Source of the DNA: Cyanophora paradoxa CCMP329
Lineage: Eukaryota; Plantae; Glaucophyta
Reading direction: 5' to 3'
Assembly (NCBI GenBank): GCA_004431415.1
Contig: QPMI01000496.1
Location: 372,001 to 436,000, forward strand
DNA length: 64,000 nucleotides
Under the pieces are notes generated by a model, which did no database searches, was not told where the DNA came from, and worked only from the letters and a program-made list of their open reading frames with translations. Positions 60,601 through 64,000 of this stretch are shown here, piece by piece. The number at the start of each line of letters is the position of its first letter. Within the stretch, counting starts at the first letter, position 1. The position numbers and the translations under genes are program-made.

Positions 60601-63600
60601 GTGCTGGTTCTCACGACGGACGGCGCCCCGGATCGCAGCTGTCGCGTCTCAAGAACAGGGCGGACCTGTTCAAAGAGTGCGCCTTCGAATTCGCGGTTCT
60701 GGCGAAGCAGACGGCCCGCCACCGCTGACCGCACGCCCACGCGCGGCCGCCCGCAGCACTCAACAGGGGCTCTACTTCGGGAAGCCGCCCCACTTCGGGC
60801 CCTCCGAGTACGGTCCGGTCCGGGCCCTGTGGGACGAGCAGAGGATCGAGTACACGACCTATGTCCCCGGCACGGGCGGCGACAAGCCGACCATCCTCAA
60901 GAAAAAGGCGAGCCCGAGCGGCACTTTGCGCCCGCTATCGCAGTAATAAACCTTAACTCAACTTCAGTGTTAACGTCTAATTAACCTAAACTTCACCTAA
61001 ACTTCAACTGATTGCTCTTCGCGATTGCTGCAACGCTTAACTCCACTTCACGGCAGACGGGGCTGTGGGACCTCGGGAGCCTCTTCTACGCCCGCGCCGT
61101 GGTGCGTTTCTTCCTTTAACATCAACGCTCTCTGGTTAAATAATAGTAACGCTTTGATTTTCCAATAGGAGTACGTGTCGTCCAGCCCGGCCGTGCAGCT
61201 GGAGGGACCGACGAACCCCGCGTTCCGCTTCGTGCAAGGTCGGACAGACAGACAGACCCGACTCGGATCGAGCGCGCGTGCGCTCTCGCACCTGCGGCTG
61301 ACGCGAATGTGGATGCGCCGTAGACGTCGGGGCGCGCGCTCTGATCAACTCCGTCCTCAAAGCCATGACCCTCTACGAAGAAGACGTTAGTAGTTTCATT
61401 GTCGATCTCGCTATTGGTATTGCATTTACCGTCTGAATGTTTTTGCAGACGTACGCTGGTCGGAGCCGCGCGTTAGCGACGCTGGTGCGTTGCTTTCGTG
61501 CCGTTGCCAACTCTAGCGTATATCTTATCTCTGAGCGCCCGTCGCGGCAGGGCGGCATGCTCGCCATCTTCCTCTGCACCATGGCCGTGCTGGTCGTCTG
61601 CGTGGTGCGCATTCCTTCTTCTCGTATCTTCTTCTTCTTCAAAGCTTAACGCATCCTCGTGCGCGGGCGCAGCTCCAGCCGGCGATCCGGCGCGTGCGAA
61701 GGACGAAGAGCGGCGCCCAGGACATCCTCGGGGCCATCCCCCGCAGAGGTGCGCGGCAGCTCTTCGGATTCGAATCTTTGGAGGATATGCATCCGATTTG
61801 ACGGCGTCCGCGTCGCAGCGCTGCGCAAGATCGCGCGGCACTACTACAAGATGAAGGCGCCGGGGTCGGCGGAGAGCGACGACGAGATCGAGGACGAGGC
61901 GGCCGCCGCCGGCAACGGCGACGGCGACGGCGACGACGAGGCGGAGGCGGGCGGGCGCAGCCGGAAGGGCTCGTTCGGGCCCGAGGGGCCCGGCTCCTCG
62001 CCCGTCGTCGACCTCGACGGCCCCGAGCCTGAGCACGGCCACGGCCCCAAGCGCGCGCTCGTCCCCATGGCGAGCGCCGCCGGCGCCGGCGCCGGCGCCG
62101 CACCTGCAGTATCCGCGAAGCTCGCTTCGTCATCCTCGGACTACGAGCTCGACGGCAAGGGCGGGAAGGGCTCAAACACGGCGAGCTGGACCCCGGGGTC
62201 CGACGACGCCCGCGTCCTGGAGCCGGAGCCGCCGGGCTCGACGCGGCTCGTGTACGACCTCTCCAAGGCCCCGCAGTCCGACGCGGAGAACGCCGTGCGG
62301 GCCTTCGACAACGGCGCCGAGGACGCGGGCCTGAAGCAGCGGCTGCCGCCGCCGTCTTCCATGACATCGGCGGAGCTCGAGATGGCGGCGGCCGGCGCGC
62401 CGTCACCGGCGCCGATCCCGATGCCGGCGAAGTGGTCGGTCGATCCCGAAGGGGAGGAGGCCGCGCCGGACGCGCCGCAGCCGCGGCCCTCGCAGGCGCC
62501 CATCCTCCGCCGCCGCTCGCTCATGGCGACGTCGCACGCGCACTCGAGCTCGCCCGAGCCCGAGGGCGCCGGCCGCGCCTCCAACTGGCACCCCCGCGTC
62601 TCCGTCCAGTACGCGAGCGGCGCCGGCGGCAAAGGCGGCGACGACGAGTCCGACGGCAGCGAGACGGGCGCGGCCAGGGCGGCCAAGGTCGCCCCGGCGC
62701 CGGCGCCGGCGCACGCGTACGCCGCCGTCACGAGCGCGACGCTCGCCGAGATACTCGGCATGCACGCGCGGCCCACGGCGGGATCGGGCGCCGACGCGGA
62801 CGCGGCCCCCGCGCCGCGGGCCGCGCCGGCGGCAACGGCGGCCGAGGAGACGGAGAAGGAGAAGGAAGAGGAGGAGGGCGAGGGCGAGTCGGCGGCGGCG
62901 GTCGTGCAGACGGGCTCCATCTTCAGGCGCATGGTCCTCCGCTACCTCACCGCCTTCGGTGCGCCCCCGCCAGTCTCTGACCATAGCTTCAGCGAAGCTC
63001 TCATAGGCTTCGAATTCTAAGCGGCGCTGATCGCGCTCGCTTGCTCGCTTTTTTGGCGCGCAGCGGTGCTGGCGTCGCTGGGCTGCGTCGGCTACGGCCT
63101 CTGCGCCTGGCTCATCAACACCTCCAGCGAGGTGCGGCCCCGCCAGCCCGCCCGCCGCGCACATCAGCGTGTCTGCTGGCTCTGCTGGCCAGGCCATGGG
63201 TGCAATCTTAAGCTTCCTAGACCGCCCGAACTGATCCTCCATGGTCATGGCACACCCGCGTCGTTTATAATTAGATTAATTGATGTTCGAGATGCATGGA
63301 GCGGTCTAGAATTTGGCTATGAAATCGTCGACTGACTTTCGCGCCAGGCCGTCTCGGTCATCCGCTACGCCGGGTACCGCCGGCACCACACGCGCTACAT
63401 CGTCTACCTCGCCCGCGACGTGCGCCCACGAAATTACCTTCCAATTTCCTCATGATTTCCGGTGTGCTGACGCCGATGCCGGGCGTGCCTCAGATGTACC
63501 TCAACAACGGCGTGGCCGGTGCGCCTTCACATTTCCGCCAACATTTCCACCGCCGCCGCCACCAATGCCGCGCCCGCCCCACAGGCTTCACGAAGGCGGA

Positions 63601-64000
63601 GGCCGTCAACCTCGTGCTGGAGTCCATGCAGGTCCGATTAATTCGCCCACCATTCCGCATCCGCTTTCGCCGAACCGACCGAGCCGGACCGAACGCATCG
63701 CGAGCGCAGGCGCTGGAGCTGGCGCACGCGGGGCTGCGGTACGGCAACGCGACGGACAACGTCAAGTCCACCTACAGCAAGTGCGTCCGCGTCCACGGGC
63801 GCCGGCGCGGGCGCGGGCGCTCGTCCTTTCGCCCTTCCCTTCCCTTCGCTGAGGCGCCCCTTTCCCCCTGTCCCGCGCGCGCGCAGCCTGCAGGCGCAGC
63901 GGGACCTGCTGTACGGGACGCCGTGCCTGCGCGGCGACGGCGACTGCAGCGCCGCCAAGCTCGGCTACCTCGCCCCCCTCGTCTCCCAGGGCCTCCGTGC
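54650..64000 (+). CDS. TmcB/TmcC-like (tiny macrocysts) large multi-TM protein with TPR-like cytoplasmic domain; 3' end outside window
   Basis: N-terminal TM bundle ending LEGRPHGRFSFLY..APFY; YEVRARIAL..AEAIYKEGMHALPQSAYIRIHYALF; AFDMRYL; AKHGEALRLIQRFW; ADSYEALLR..SSKMLLRAYADFVRCVLNDPERATYLYLKADELEE; later TM segments and sensor-like loops. Confidence 0.8.
55938..56163 (+). repeat. Imperfect direct repeat of about 50 bp in an intron of the TmcB-like gene
   Basis: aagctaaagccttagc(t/c)agc..ttgaggcgcg..gcgagccgc..gca(g/t)ctgac at about 55938-55988 and 56111-56163. Confidence 0.8.

Noticed and set aside
60948-61010. Telomere-like repeats (cctaaac)
   Set aside because: Only two degenerate units with no CCCTAA(A) array, and intronic.

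Overview
GC-rich eukaryotic nuclear DNA, densely packed with about 15 genes split by many short (about 55-90 nt) spliceosomal introns, so the supplied ORF track is mostly exon/intron chimeras or shadow ORFs. Intron style, composition and one Phe/SSFLG-type plastid transit peptide suggest a glaucophyte-like alga such as Cyanophora (inference, not verified). Genes rebuilt by manual splicing, in order: ADCY10-like cyclase-STAND ATPase (5' truncated), divergent actin-related protein, erlin (SPFH), B-box/B-box/coiled-coil-cold-shock-WD40 protein, small multi-TM protein, YGQQG-repeat protein, plastid-targeted alpha/beta hydrolase, unknown helical protein, ankyrin protein with a C-terminal F-box-like motif, possible degenerate kinesin-like protein, Mx-like dynamin GTPase, long coiled-coil protein, RING-B-box-B-box-CC-MATH (TRIM37-like) protein, large CBM/PKD multi-TM receptor or channel, and a TmcB/TmcC-like protein (3' truncated). 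The most notable signals are frequent GC-AG introns, a patchy hyper-abundant GTACCCC motif, DNA saturated with overlapping short palindromes, two TRIM-like architectures near an Mx-like GTPase and a STAND protein, a whole-intron hairpin and an intron bounded by a direct repeat. No rRNA, tRNA, CRISPR array or recognisable transposon was found. Exon boundaries were inferred by eye and need RNA-seq.
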